Assembly (NCBI GenBank): GCA_036307105.1
Contig: JAXJYD010000026.1
Span: forward strand, 2-64,001
DNA from: Clostridia bacterium
GTDB taxonomy: Bacteria > Bacillota > Clostridia > TANB77 > CAG-508
DNA: 64,000 nucleotides
Reading direction: 5' to 3'
Part shown: positions 38,267-46,793 of the stretch, one piece after another
How positions within the stretch are numbered: the first letter of the stretch is position 1
Layout: the number at the start of each line of letters is the position of its first letter
Made by a program: the position numbers and the translations under genes
The notes under the pieces: model-generated
Databases searched by the model: none
Told to the model about the DNA's origin: nothing
The model's input: only the letters and a program-made list of their open reading frames with translations

Positions 38267-38935
38267 ATGAATAAAAAGAAAGTATTAAAAATAGTATTAT
38301 TGATTATTTTAGTTATATTAATTGTTTTTATGGTAATAACAATTAGAAGAATGATAATAATTAAAGCCTTAAGTGAAAAAGTATCAAAATATGTAACTGA
38401 TGATAATCATTATGAAAAAATTATAAACAATTCTATTGAAACAGAAACTATTACAGAGTATTATTGTAGAGGAAATAACGCAGTAATGTTTTTGACAACA
38501 ACTACAAAAAATACTGGGGAGAAAAGAAAACTTACTCAATATTTTAAAGGCGACAAATGCAATACTTATATTGAAACGGATAAAGATAAGATTGCAATAT
38601 TGGACTCCAACGGAATTCCAAGTAAATTAACAATATGGGGATTAGATTATAATGATAGTTTATGGAACTTGTTTTATTTAGCAGTAAAAACACCTATAAG
38701 AAGTGTAAAATATAATAATAAAGAATGTTATTTCTTGAATTCACCTATTGCAAGAAATTGCTATATGGAAAAGGATACAGGGTTAATACTTAAAGCAATT
38801 GATGGACAAATAGAAGATGCCAATGGAAATGAAACAGATATAATAGTTGAGTATAATTATGAATTTGGTAATGTTGATGAGAGTATATTTGAAGAGCCAA
38901 ATATTAGCGAGTATAAAGTGCAAGAAAATCAATAA
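38267..38935 (+). CDS. Hypothetical membrane-anchored/exported protein
   Basis: MNKKKVLKIVLLIILVILIVFMVITI signal-anchor. GGAG RBS before ATG 38267. The upstream extension of the tracked ORF overlaps the riboswitch. Confidence 0.6.
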   Translation: MNKKKVLKIVLLIILVILIVFMVITIRRMIIIKALSEKVSKYVTDDNHYEKIINNSIETETITEYYCRGNNAVMFLTTTTKNTGEKRKLTQYFKGDKCNTYIETDKDKIAILDSNGIPSKLTIWGLDYNDSLWNLFYLAVKTPIRSVKYNNKECYFLNSPIARNCYMEKDTGLILKAIDGQIEDANGNETDIIVEYNYEFGNVDESIFEEPNISEYKVQENQ

Positions 38936-38943
38936 TTATTATG

Positions 38944-38973
38944 AGAAGATGATGTAGTAATCATCTTCTTTTT
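38944..38973 (+). terminator. Intrinsic terminator
   Basis: AGAAGATGA (38944-38952) / TCATCTTCT (38961-38969) plus TTTT. Confidence 0.75.
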
Positions 38974-39006
38974 AAAAAGATACAATAGAAATAATTAGTA
39001 GATATT

Positions 39007-39138
39007 CAGAAGGTTTGGATATTCAGAACAAGTAAAATATTCTAACTTGTCAACAATATTTTGGTATTGTTAACAATTATTAGAATGAAAAATTACAAGT
39101 TATTGAGATGTACAGAAATTTTATTTTTACGAACAAAG
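39007..39138 (+). repeat. Modular intergenic hairpin repeat
   Basis: CAGAAGGTTTGGATATTCAGAACAAGT, CAATATTTTGGTATTGTTAACAA and AATTACAAGTTATTGAGATGT modules, collinear with 9597-9735 and 11661-11737. Confidence 0.65.
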
Positions 39139-39160
39139 TAATTAATGAATTAGTAGTTTT

Positions 39161-39473
39161 GGAGGTAGGGGATTAAAACCTTCAAAATTGCAATTTTTTT
39201 GCTATTTTTATAAAAATATGTAGTTTTTGAAATTTCAGAAATTTTTGTAAAAATGAAAAATTTCGAGATTTTTTAAAATTTTGAAAATAATAAAATGTAA
39301 GTAAAAATAAAAATTGGAAATTACAAAATAGAAAAGGAATATAAAATAAAAAGTTGATAAAATAATTTTAAAATGTATAAAATCACAAAAACATAAAAAC
39401 TAAAAAAATTTGGAAATTAAAGTGAGGGAGGTAAGAAGATACCATATTGACTGACATAATTCGTGATATATAA
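39161..39473 (+). repeat. Innermost left-array terminus repeat unit
   Basis: GGAGGTAGGGGATT G-box. Perfect palindrome AAAATTGCAATTTT (39184-39197). An A+T-rich tract of about 220 nt. AGTGAGGGAGGTAAGAAGATACCATATTGACTGAC block. Confidence 0.7.
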
Positions 39474-39503
39474 CATTGCACAAAATCAAAGTTTTGTACA
39501 ATG
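39474..39503. other. Candidate chromosome dimer-resolution (dif-like) core site: 12-6-12 palindrome at the strand-switch point
   Basis: CATTGCACAAAA-TCAAAG-TTTTGTACAATG; the arms are reverse complements with 1 mismatch. Hand alignment of the 11-nt arms to E. coli dif GGTGCGCATAA/TTATGTTAAAT gives 15 of 22 matches. It lies between the last + gene (end 38935) and the first - gene. Confidence 0.5.
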
Positions 39504-40393
39504 AGAGATAGGAGTAAATTATAAAACCATACATATATGGTCCTACCAGCAAAATCTTGCAATTCCTTGCTATTACTAGTATTTAATCTATTTATTCTAA
39601 CAACAAACTATATTACTTTCTTATAAAACTCTCTTAAATTTGATTCTGAAGCCTCATTATTTTTAATTGTTCCTGGTTGGATTTTTTTTCATTATTGTAA
39701 CCACATATTTAAAAAAATTTATATAACTTTAGATTATTTTTATCAAAATTTCACAAATCCCCATATTTCAATATTTTGCTCAATTATTCAAACAACAAGT
39801 TATATGTCTAAAAAATAAAAACGCCTTAAAATCGATTCTCGTGCGTCGCTTTTTTAGCCTTTTTCGAGCATTTTTAATAAATGCCTAAAAATCAGCATTT
39901 TACTAAAAATTATATAATAAACACTAGATTTATAAATTAACATATCTAATCATAAACATATAACTTGTTTGATTAAATATAAAAATGTCTTAAAATCGAT
40001 TTTAGCGTGTTATAATTGCAAAATTATATTATGGATTTGTAATCTAAAATTGTATAATATTTTTATAAGAAAATTTATTAAATTAATTTATTAAATTATA
40101 ATGAAAAATTATTTACAAGCATTATTAACAAATGTTCGTTAATAAAAAATTATATAAAAAATTTAACTTTACACAAAATTTTAATTTTTAAAATTTCTGA
40201 ATCTTAATTACTAATCTTTTTTTACTTTAAATTATTTTAAGTTTAGTTTTATACTTTTAAGAAATTTTTATTTTATATAGAATAAATTTTTTATGTATTT
40301 ATTTTTCTGTTTTAAAATTTATTTTAATATTTTAAATCTCTTTTTTATACTTTTTATACATTTCTAAAAATAGCCTATTCCCCTATTCCCTAC
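39492..40393 (-). repeat. Right-array terminus repeat element B' (arm, 0.69-kb non-coding body, arm, A+T tract, G-box)
   Basis: TTTTGTACAATG at 39492 ... CTTTACACAAAA at 40167-40178, an A+T tract, then CCTATTCCCCTATTCCCTAC at 40374-40393. Internal boxes at 39631, 39821 and 39986. No ORF of 60 aa or more. Confidence 0.7.
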
Positions 40394-40431
40394 TTATTTC
40401 TTTGTATACATGAAAAAATACTATATAGCTT

Positions 40432-40746
40432 TTAAGTTATTCTTTTGCTGTGTTGAACAAAATTATTACTTAATAACTTGCCCAAACTACTTAAATTATC
40501 AATATTATTAGCTTTTGTATTAACTTGTTCAGCTTGTGATACTAAAACTTGTTCATAAGTATACTTTAACATTGATATTTTCTCTTGTTTTTGCTCATCT
40601 GTAGCATCATTACTGTTAAGCCTATATTCAAGATTATAACAATATAATTCTAATGCTCTCAAAATAAGTTCAACTTATCCATCTAATAGATTTAATTCTA
40701 CAGAATGAATTTTATTTTTATCAAATTTTCTTTCATAATCTGCCAT
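40432..40746 (-). pseudogene. Small conserved hypothetical gene with an in-frame TAA (paralogue of 51011-51297)
   Basis: MADYERKFDKNKIHSVELNLLDG*VELILRALELY... The TAA at 40677-40675 corresponds to CAA (Gln) in the paralogue. AAAGGAG RBS at about 40761. Confidence 0.6.
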
Positions 40747-40942
40747 TGTTTTATATCAACTCCTTTTTATAATAAATTATGCACAAAAAACCTCTGCTGT
40801 ATCAATTTGAACATGTCCTAATAATTCTTGAATAGTTCTAATATAGGTAATTTTGGACGCTATAAAAAATAGTATTACATTTTTTTATAATGTAACACTA
40901 TTTTTTATAATGTATCTTATTATCTTTTTAGTTATAATTTTC

Positions 40943-43579
40943 CTATAACCAATTTCCAACTTTTTTAATGTATATTTTCTTTACAATCTGAACTAAAATT
41001 ACATATAGGATAGTCAATCCTGCTACTATTAAATAATATAATGGTGGCATTATTTCAAAATGGAATGATTTAATATTATGCAATAATATTGGTGCAAATA
41101 TTGTTCCTATTATTGTAACCATTGTTAAACAAGTTAATATTGGGTTTGCTTTTGACTGTACAAAAGGTACTTTTTCAGTACGAACGAAATGAATTATCAA
41201 TGTTTCACTTATTAGACATTCAACAAACCATGCTGTTTGAAAATAACTTTCACTTACAGCTCCATTATATCCTAATATAAACCAAAATGCTAAAAACGCC
41301 AAAACATCTATTATCGAACTTACTGGTCCCATTACATTCATAAATGTTCCCAATCCTTTTGTATCCCATTTTCTTGGTTTTATTAAAAATTCCTCATCAA
41401 CATTATCATATGGTATTCCTATTTGAGAAAAATCATATAAAAAGTCTTGAATTAACATTTGAATTGGCAATAATGGTAAAAATGGTAAGAAAATACTTGC
41501 AATAAATATACTAAATACATCTCCAAAATCTGAACTTAAAGCCATTTTCATATATTTTATAATATTTCCATATACTTTTCTTCCTTCTATTACTCCATTA
41601 AATATTACTTTTAAACTTTTTTCTAATAAAATAATATCACTTGCTTCTTTAGCAATGTCTGTTGCTGTATTTACACATATTCCAACATCTGCATTATGTA
41701 GTGATGGTGCATCATTTACACCATCTCCCATATAGCCTACTACATGTCCATTTTTTCTAAGAGCCTTTATTATTCTTTCTTTTTGTAAAGGATTCATTCT
41801 AGCAAAAACATTTACTTCCTCAACCTTTTTAGCAAATTCTCCATCTGGCATCCTATCAATATCTGTACCTAATAATATTTTTGAATCTTCTATTCCTACC
41901 AAGTTACAAATATTTTCAGTGGCATATTGGTTATCTCCTGTTAAAATCTTTGTTGTTATTCCATATTCTTTTAATTTCTTTATTGTACTTTTTACTTCTT
42001 TTTTTGGTGGATCTAAAAATGCTACAAATCCTATAAATGTCATTTCTTTTTCATCATCGCTATTAAATATATCTTTTCCTCTATACTCTCTTTTTGATGC
42101 TAACGCGATTACCTGCATTCCTTGTTTTGCAAGATTTTCAGCATTTTTATTAATATTTTGTATCATTTCTTGAGTTAGCTCTTTATGTTCGCCATCTATT
42201 TTTACTTGATTACAACTTTTTAATACTTCTTCTAATGCTCCTTTAGTAATTATCCTATAATGATCATCATGTTTTACTACAATACTTACTTTTTTTCTAA
42301 TATAATCAAATGGAATTTCATCAATTTTTTCATAATTAATAACTTGTTCTTTTATTTTATGCTGAACTCCATATGTTATTACTGCTTTATCTACCAGATT
42401 TTTCATTCCAGTACTATAATAGCTATTTAAAAATGCATATTCTAATATAGATAAATCTTCTTTTCCTTCAACATTTATATATTTCTGTAATACTATCTTG
42501 TCTAATGTTAATGTTCCTGTTTTATCAGTGCATAAAACATCTATTGCACCTAAATTTTGAATTGCCTGAATGTTTTTTACTAATGTTTTTTTCTTTGCAA
42601 GAGTTTTCGTTCCTTTAGTTAAATTAACATTTACTATCATAGGCAACATTGTTGGAGTAATTCCAACAGCTACTGATAATGCAAATAGCACTGCTTCTAA
42701 TATATCTTTTCGTATAAATGCATAAATAATAAATACTGCTATTGAAACTACAACCATGTATTTTATTAATAATTTTGTAATTCCATTCATACCTTTTTCA
42801 AAATTTGTCGTTTCTCTTTTATTATCAATTTGTTTTCCCATACTTCCTAGATATGTAGAAAAACCAGTATTAATTACTATAGCTGTTGCATCTCCACTTA
42901 TTACACTTGTTCCCATTAAACATATATTTGAAATTGAAAATATTTCATTTGAGTTATTAAATTTATCTGTTTTTTCAATAGGCGCACTTTCACCTGTAAA
43001 AACAGATTGATTTAAAAACAAGTCCTTATTTTCTATAATCATTACATCAGCTGGAATAATAGAACCTGCATTTAGATGAATAATATCACCTTTTACAACT
43101 TTTTCTGTTCTTATTGTTTGTTCTTTTCCATTTCTTATAACCGTTGCCGTTGAAAACATTTCACTTTTTAATTTTCTATTGAATTTATATGTTGAATAAT
43201 TTTGGGCAAATTTTATCATAGCACTTACAAATCCAATTGCTAAAATAATAACTGTACCTAATGTATCATCACCAACAAATTTATTTATTATTGCTAAAAC
43301 AACTAAAATTAAAATAAATTTATCTTTAAATGAATTTATAAAAAAATAAAACCATGAATGTTTATCATCTTTTACAACAACATTTTCTCCATCTTCTTCT
43401 AATTTTTGTTCTGCTTCTTTATTTGTCAATCCTTTTTCAATATTAGTTTTAAGCTCTTTTATTATTTCTTGTTTTTCTTTTTGTGCAATTTTCTTATATT
43501 TTTCTAGTATTTTCTCATCATTATTACTCATTAAATTTTTATTTTTTAATTTGTTCTTTATAAAAAATAATCTAATCAA
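40943..43579 (-). CDS. mgtA: Mg2+-importing P-type ATPase (MgtA/MgtB-like)
   Basis: CTDKTGTLT phosphorylation site, TGES, MGDGVNDAPSL, 10 TM segments. TTG 43579 is 11 nt from GGAG; ATG 43531 is an alternative start. Confidence 0.88.
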   Translation of the reverse strand: MIRLFFIKNKLKNKNLMSNNDEKILEKYKKIAQKEKQEIIKELKTNIEKGLTNKEAEQKLEEDGENVVVKDDKHSWFYFFINSFKDKFILILVVLAIINKFVGDDTLGTVIILAIGFVSAMIKFAQNYSTYKFNRKLKSEMFSTATVIRNGKEQTIRTEKVVKGDIIHLNAGSIIPADVMIIENKDLFLNQSVFTGESAPIEKTDKFNNSNEIFSISNICLMGTSVISGDATAIVINTGFSTYLGSMGKQIDNKRETTNFEKGMNGITKLLIKYMVVVSIAVFIIYAFIRKDILEAVLFALSVAVGITPTMLPMIVNVNLTKGTKTLAKKKTLVKNIQAIQNLGAIDVLCTDKTGTLTLDKIVLQKYINVEGKEDLSILEYAFLNSYYSTGMKNLVDKAVITYGVQHKIKEQVINYEKIDEIPFDYIRKKVSIVVKHDDHYRIITKGALEEVLKSCNQVKIDGEHKELTQEMIQNINKNAENLAKQGMQVIALASKREYRGKDIFNSDDEKEMTFIGFVAFLDPPKKEVKSTIKKLKEYGITTKILTGDNQYATENICNLVGIEDSKILLGTDIDRMPDGEFAKKVEEVNVFARMNPLQKERIIKALRKNGHVVGYMGDGVNDAPSLHNADVGICVNTATDIAKEASDIILLEKSLKVIFNGVIEGRKVYGNIIKYMKMALSSDFGDVFSIFIASIFLPFLPLLPIQMLIQDFLYDFSQIGIPYDNVDEEFLIKPRKWDTKGLGTFMNVMGPVSSIIDVLAFLAFWFILGYNGAVSESYFQTAWFVECLISETLIIHFVRTEKVPFVQSKANPILTCLTMVTIIGTIFAPILLHNIKSFHFEIMPPLYYLIVAGLTILYVILVQIVKKIYIKKVGNWL

Positions 43580-43664
43580 TTTCTATGTATCTCCTTTTTT
43601 TATATTTTATAAAATTGTATCACTTAATATATTTTTTGTATATACTTTTTATATTTCTTTTTTC

Positions 43665-44050
43665 TCATATTACTTTGTTTTCTTCTTTTAAAAATTCACT
43701 TTCTATTTTTATATATTCTTTTAATATTGCAGTTGCCCATTTTCTAAACATTATACCACGTTTACTATTTACCCTGTATCCAACTGAAATAATCATATCA
43801 AGATTATAATATTGAACTTTATAATTCTTTCCATCTTCAGCAGTATGCTCAAAAAATGAGCATACTGAATTTTCTTCTAGTTCGCCATCTCTATAAATAT
43901 TTTGTATATGTCTAGTAATTGTTCTTCTGTCTTTATCAAATAATTCTGCCATTTGTTTTTGTGTAAGCCACACAGTTTCATCCTTTAAGTTTACTTATAA
44001 TTTTACTCCTTGGTTTTCAAATAAAATAATTTCATTCTTTTTTTCGTCTA
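43665..44050 (-). pseudogene. RhuM-family gene remnant (in-frame stop, truncated C-terminus)
   Basis: ...EIILFENQGVKL*VNLKDETVWLTQKQMAELF...YNLDMIISVGYRVNSKRGIMFRKWAT. It lacks the C-terminal half of the family. Confidence 0.65.
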
Positions 44051-44200
44051 TAAGAACACATCCTTTTATATAAATTTAGTTCTTAATATTTTTATTAGTT
44101 CATTTAAAATTCATTATTTATAACTTGCGAACTATTGTTTTTATTATATTTGATATTTTGATATCTGTCAACAAATTTTGTGGAATTTTATTAAAAAAAT

Positions 44201-44229
44201 GTACCACCCTTTAACTTAAAAGGTGGTAC
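44201..44229. terminator. A-run/hairpin/T-run bidirectional terminator-like hairpin
   Basis: GTACCACC (44201-44208) / GGTGGTAC (44222-44229) flanked by A7 and A5. The homologous copy at 50079-50107 is at the same position relative to the repeat element. Confidence 0.55.
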
Positions 44230-44245
44230 AAAAAATAGCCCAGTA

Positions 44246-45270
44246 TCAAAGTTTTGTGCAAATAGGAGTAAGGATACAAAAATAACCAGTATGTATTGCT
44301 ACTACTGGCTTTGCTGCACGTCTATCCTACTAAAATTGCTTATTTTCCTAATTATCTAATTATTATTCTATATTATATATAATTCTTTGTAATCTGCTTT
44401 ATTACTGTGTTTTAACTTACTTTGCTTATTATCTTATTACTATTATATTATTACCTATATTATTTTCCCAAAAACCCAACGTTTTTTATTTTAAAATATA
44501 ATTTTAAATACTTATTCTAATTTGTTTTATTATTTTATTAAACAAGTTATATGTCTTCCATATAAAAGTGCCTTAAAATCGATTTTAGAGTCTCAACCTA
44601 AATAAAGCCTGAAACATCAATATTTTCAGGCAACAAACTATATGGCTAATTTTTAAAAACGCCTTAAAATCGATTCTCGTGCGTCGTTTTTTTAGCAATT
44701 TTTGAGCAAAATCCCAGTTGTTGCAATAATTACAAAGATTTATACAAATCAAAAAAAATCACATATTATTATAATAAATATGTATAAAAATTAAATAATA
44801 ATTTTATAAAAGTGTTTATATAAGAAGATTTCATTAAATATAAAATAAAGTATTTAATATTTAGAGGATTAAGTTTTATTAGTTAATTATAAAAATGTCT
44901 TAAAAACGATTCTCAGAGGTCTAGATTTATAAAAATATAATTAAATACAAAAGTTTTTGTAAAAAATTTCAAAATCAACAAATGTTCGTTTTTTAGATTT
45001 ATTAACCGAACAATTTTAAAATTTAACATTGCACAAATTTAAAATAATAAATTTTGAAATCTAATAAATTAAATCTAAAATTTCTAAAATTCAAAAAATT
45101 TAAAAATTTATAATTTTATTTTTAAAAATATTTTTTAAATTTATTTTTATTAAAAATTTTTTTACTGACTTCTTCCCTTTTATTACTTTTAAAAATTTTT
45201 TAAAACTAAATATTATATTTTTAACAATTTTATTAATTATGAAATACCTCTATTCCCCCCTACTCTACCG
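44246..45270 (-). repeat. Right-array terminus repeat element C
   Basis: TCAAAG-TTTTGTGCAAAT (44246-44263), a 0.8-kb body with boxes at 44568, 44660 and 44896, CATTGCACAAAT (45027-45038), an A+T tract, CTATTCCCCCCTACTCTACCG (45250-45270). Confidence 0.7.
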
Positions 45271-45454
45271 TTTTTTATTAATAAAATAATTATACAATTT
45301 TAAATTTTCGTTCATTTTTACTTTTATCCTCGATATATAAATTATCATAGATATTTTAAGTTGCCGAATATTCTAAATCCACAATTAACATATGTTATTT
45401 ATTTAAATTAATTTGTTTAATATAATATATTCATATATTTTAGGAGGTTTAACT

Positions 45455-46129
45455 ATGAAAGTAAAAAATGCATATAAAGCTTTAATAATTTTAATGTTTA
45501 TAACAATTACAATTTCAGGCTATGAGTTTTTAACTGCACTTAAAAATTTTAATCCAAATGGTACAATTTTTGATTTTTGTAGCGGAGCGGTAGAATATAT
45601 CCCATATTTTATGATTTTCTTATTAGCACTTTTCTTAGTGCTTCCAATATCATTGTTGCTTTTTAAAGAAAACAACATCCAACTTAAATCCGCAATATTA
45701 GACAAAAAGCATTTATTTAAAGACATACTCTATGGAATTATTTTAGGACTTATATCAGAATGTATTGTTTATTTGTTTTATGTTATGCGTAATGCCGGCT
45801 CTACTTATGAACATACTATGATTTATAATAATTCTATTACATTCTACATTTTATATTTTCTTTCTTTATCACTAGTATGCGGAATATTAAAAGAATTATA
45901 TTTTAGAGGTTTTGCTAAATTCTTTTTAGCCGATATATTTGGCGAAAATTTTTCTTATCTATTAACTGCAATTTTATTTGGTATAGTGGATTGGCAAAAT
46001 ATGGGGTCTTCAGTAATTCTTGGTTTATTGTGGGGATTTGCTTATAAGAAAAATGGACGTCTTATAGTTCCAATGATAGCACACGGTTTAATAAACGCTT
46101 TAGGTATTATTGGATTGTTTATTCTTTAA
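45455..46129 (+). CDS. CPBP-family intramembrane glutamic endopeptidase (CAAX protease-like)
   Basis: KELYFRGF (EExxxR-type) and HGLINA (HxxxN) motifs, multi-TM. AGGAGG RBS before ATG 45455. Confidence 0.75.
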   Translation: MKVKNAYKALIILMFITITISGYEFLTALKNFNPNGTIFDFCSGAVEYIPYFMIFLLALFLVLPISLLLFKENNIQLKSAILDKKHLFKDILYGIILGLISECIVYLFYVMRNAGSTYEHTMIYNNSITFYILYFLSLSLVCGILKELYFRGFAKFFLADIFGENFSYLLTAILFGIVDWQNMGSSVILGLLWGFAYKKNGRLIVPMIAHGLINALGIIGLFIL

Positions 46130-46717
46130 ACTTTTTTTTATGCGGCTGAGAGATTGAGGTTCTATTCCTAGGTATGTTGCAATATCACATTGTTTTACTG
46201 TATCTATTAATTCAGGAAAATCTGTAACAAACTGCTTATATCTCTCAGTGGCATTTTTTGTCATAAATTCATTTTCACGGTAAATCTTATATCTCATCCC
46301 ACTTTCTAATGCTTTAATATAAAATTGATTCCATGTTTTATTATTATTTATTAATTCTTTTAGTTTTATAGTATCAAACAATAAAACAGTACTATCATTT
46401 ACAACTTCACATCTGTATTTTGATTCTGTAAATCCTAATAAGCTTTCATCGAAAAACATACTATATTTTGTATGGAAAAACCTTGTAATTTCTTTGCCAT
46501 CATATGTAATAAAAGAGGTTTTGATAATTCCATCCAGTATAAAGCCAGTTTGTGTTAATTCAGCTCCAATTTCGCATAATATATCTCCAGAACTATATTT
46601 GACTATATTTGCTTCTTTAATTAAAATATCAATATCCTCTAAAGTTATTTCTATATCATAGATTCTTTTTGCATCTTCAATTAATTGTGATTTAAGTAAT
46701 TTATTCATATAATCCAC
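46100..46717 (-). CDS. Crp/Fnr-family transcriptional regulator
   Basis: cNMP-binding-like N-terminal domain and a C-terminal HTH (QCDIATYLGIEPQSLSRIKK). Confidence 0.75.
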   Translation of the reverse strand: MDYMNKLLKSQLIEDAKRIYDIEITLEDIDILIKEANIVKYSSGDILCEIGAELTQTGFILDGIIKTSFITYDGKEITRFFHTKYSMFFDESLLGFTESKYRCEVVNDSTVLLFDTIKLKELINNNKTWNQFYIKALESGMRYKIYRENEFMTKNATERYKQFVTDFPELIDTVKQCDIATYLGIEPQSLSRIKKSLKNKQSNNT

Positions 46718-46793
46718 CCCTTTATCATTATATAGAAGATATTATAAAATAGCAACTGATTCATGTAATACATCTATAAAAAGGTAACTATTA

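Noticed and set aside
40179-40373. A+T tracts as replication origins (DUE plus iterons) of satellite replicons
   Set aside because: There is no Rep gene or DnaA boxes, and the evidence is compositional only. The idea is kept only as a possibility within the box finding.
43532-43664. M-box (Mg2+) riboswitch upstream of mgtA
   Set aside because: The leader is only about 100 nt, almost pure A+T, and has none of the conserved M-box helices.
43585-43809. 74-aa + strand ORF overlapping the mgtA leader and the RhuM remnant. Similar small ORFs: 22439-22633, 19591-19815, 17205-17581, 11736-11951, 13652-14095, 36116-36358 and 30656-30844.
   Set aside because: They are low-complexity Phe/Ile/Leu/Tyr-rich translations inside promoters, repeats or opposite real genes, with no RBS.
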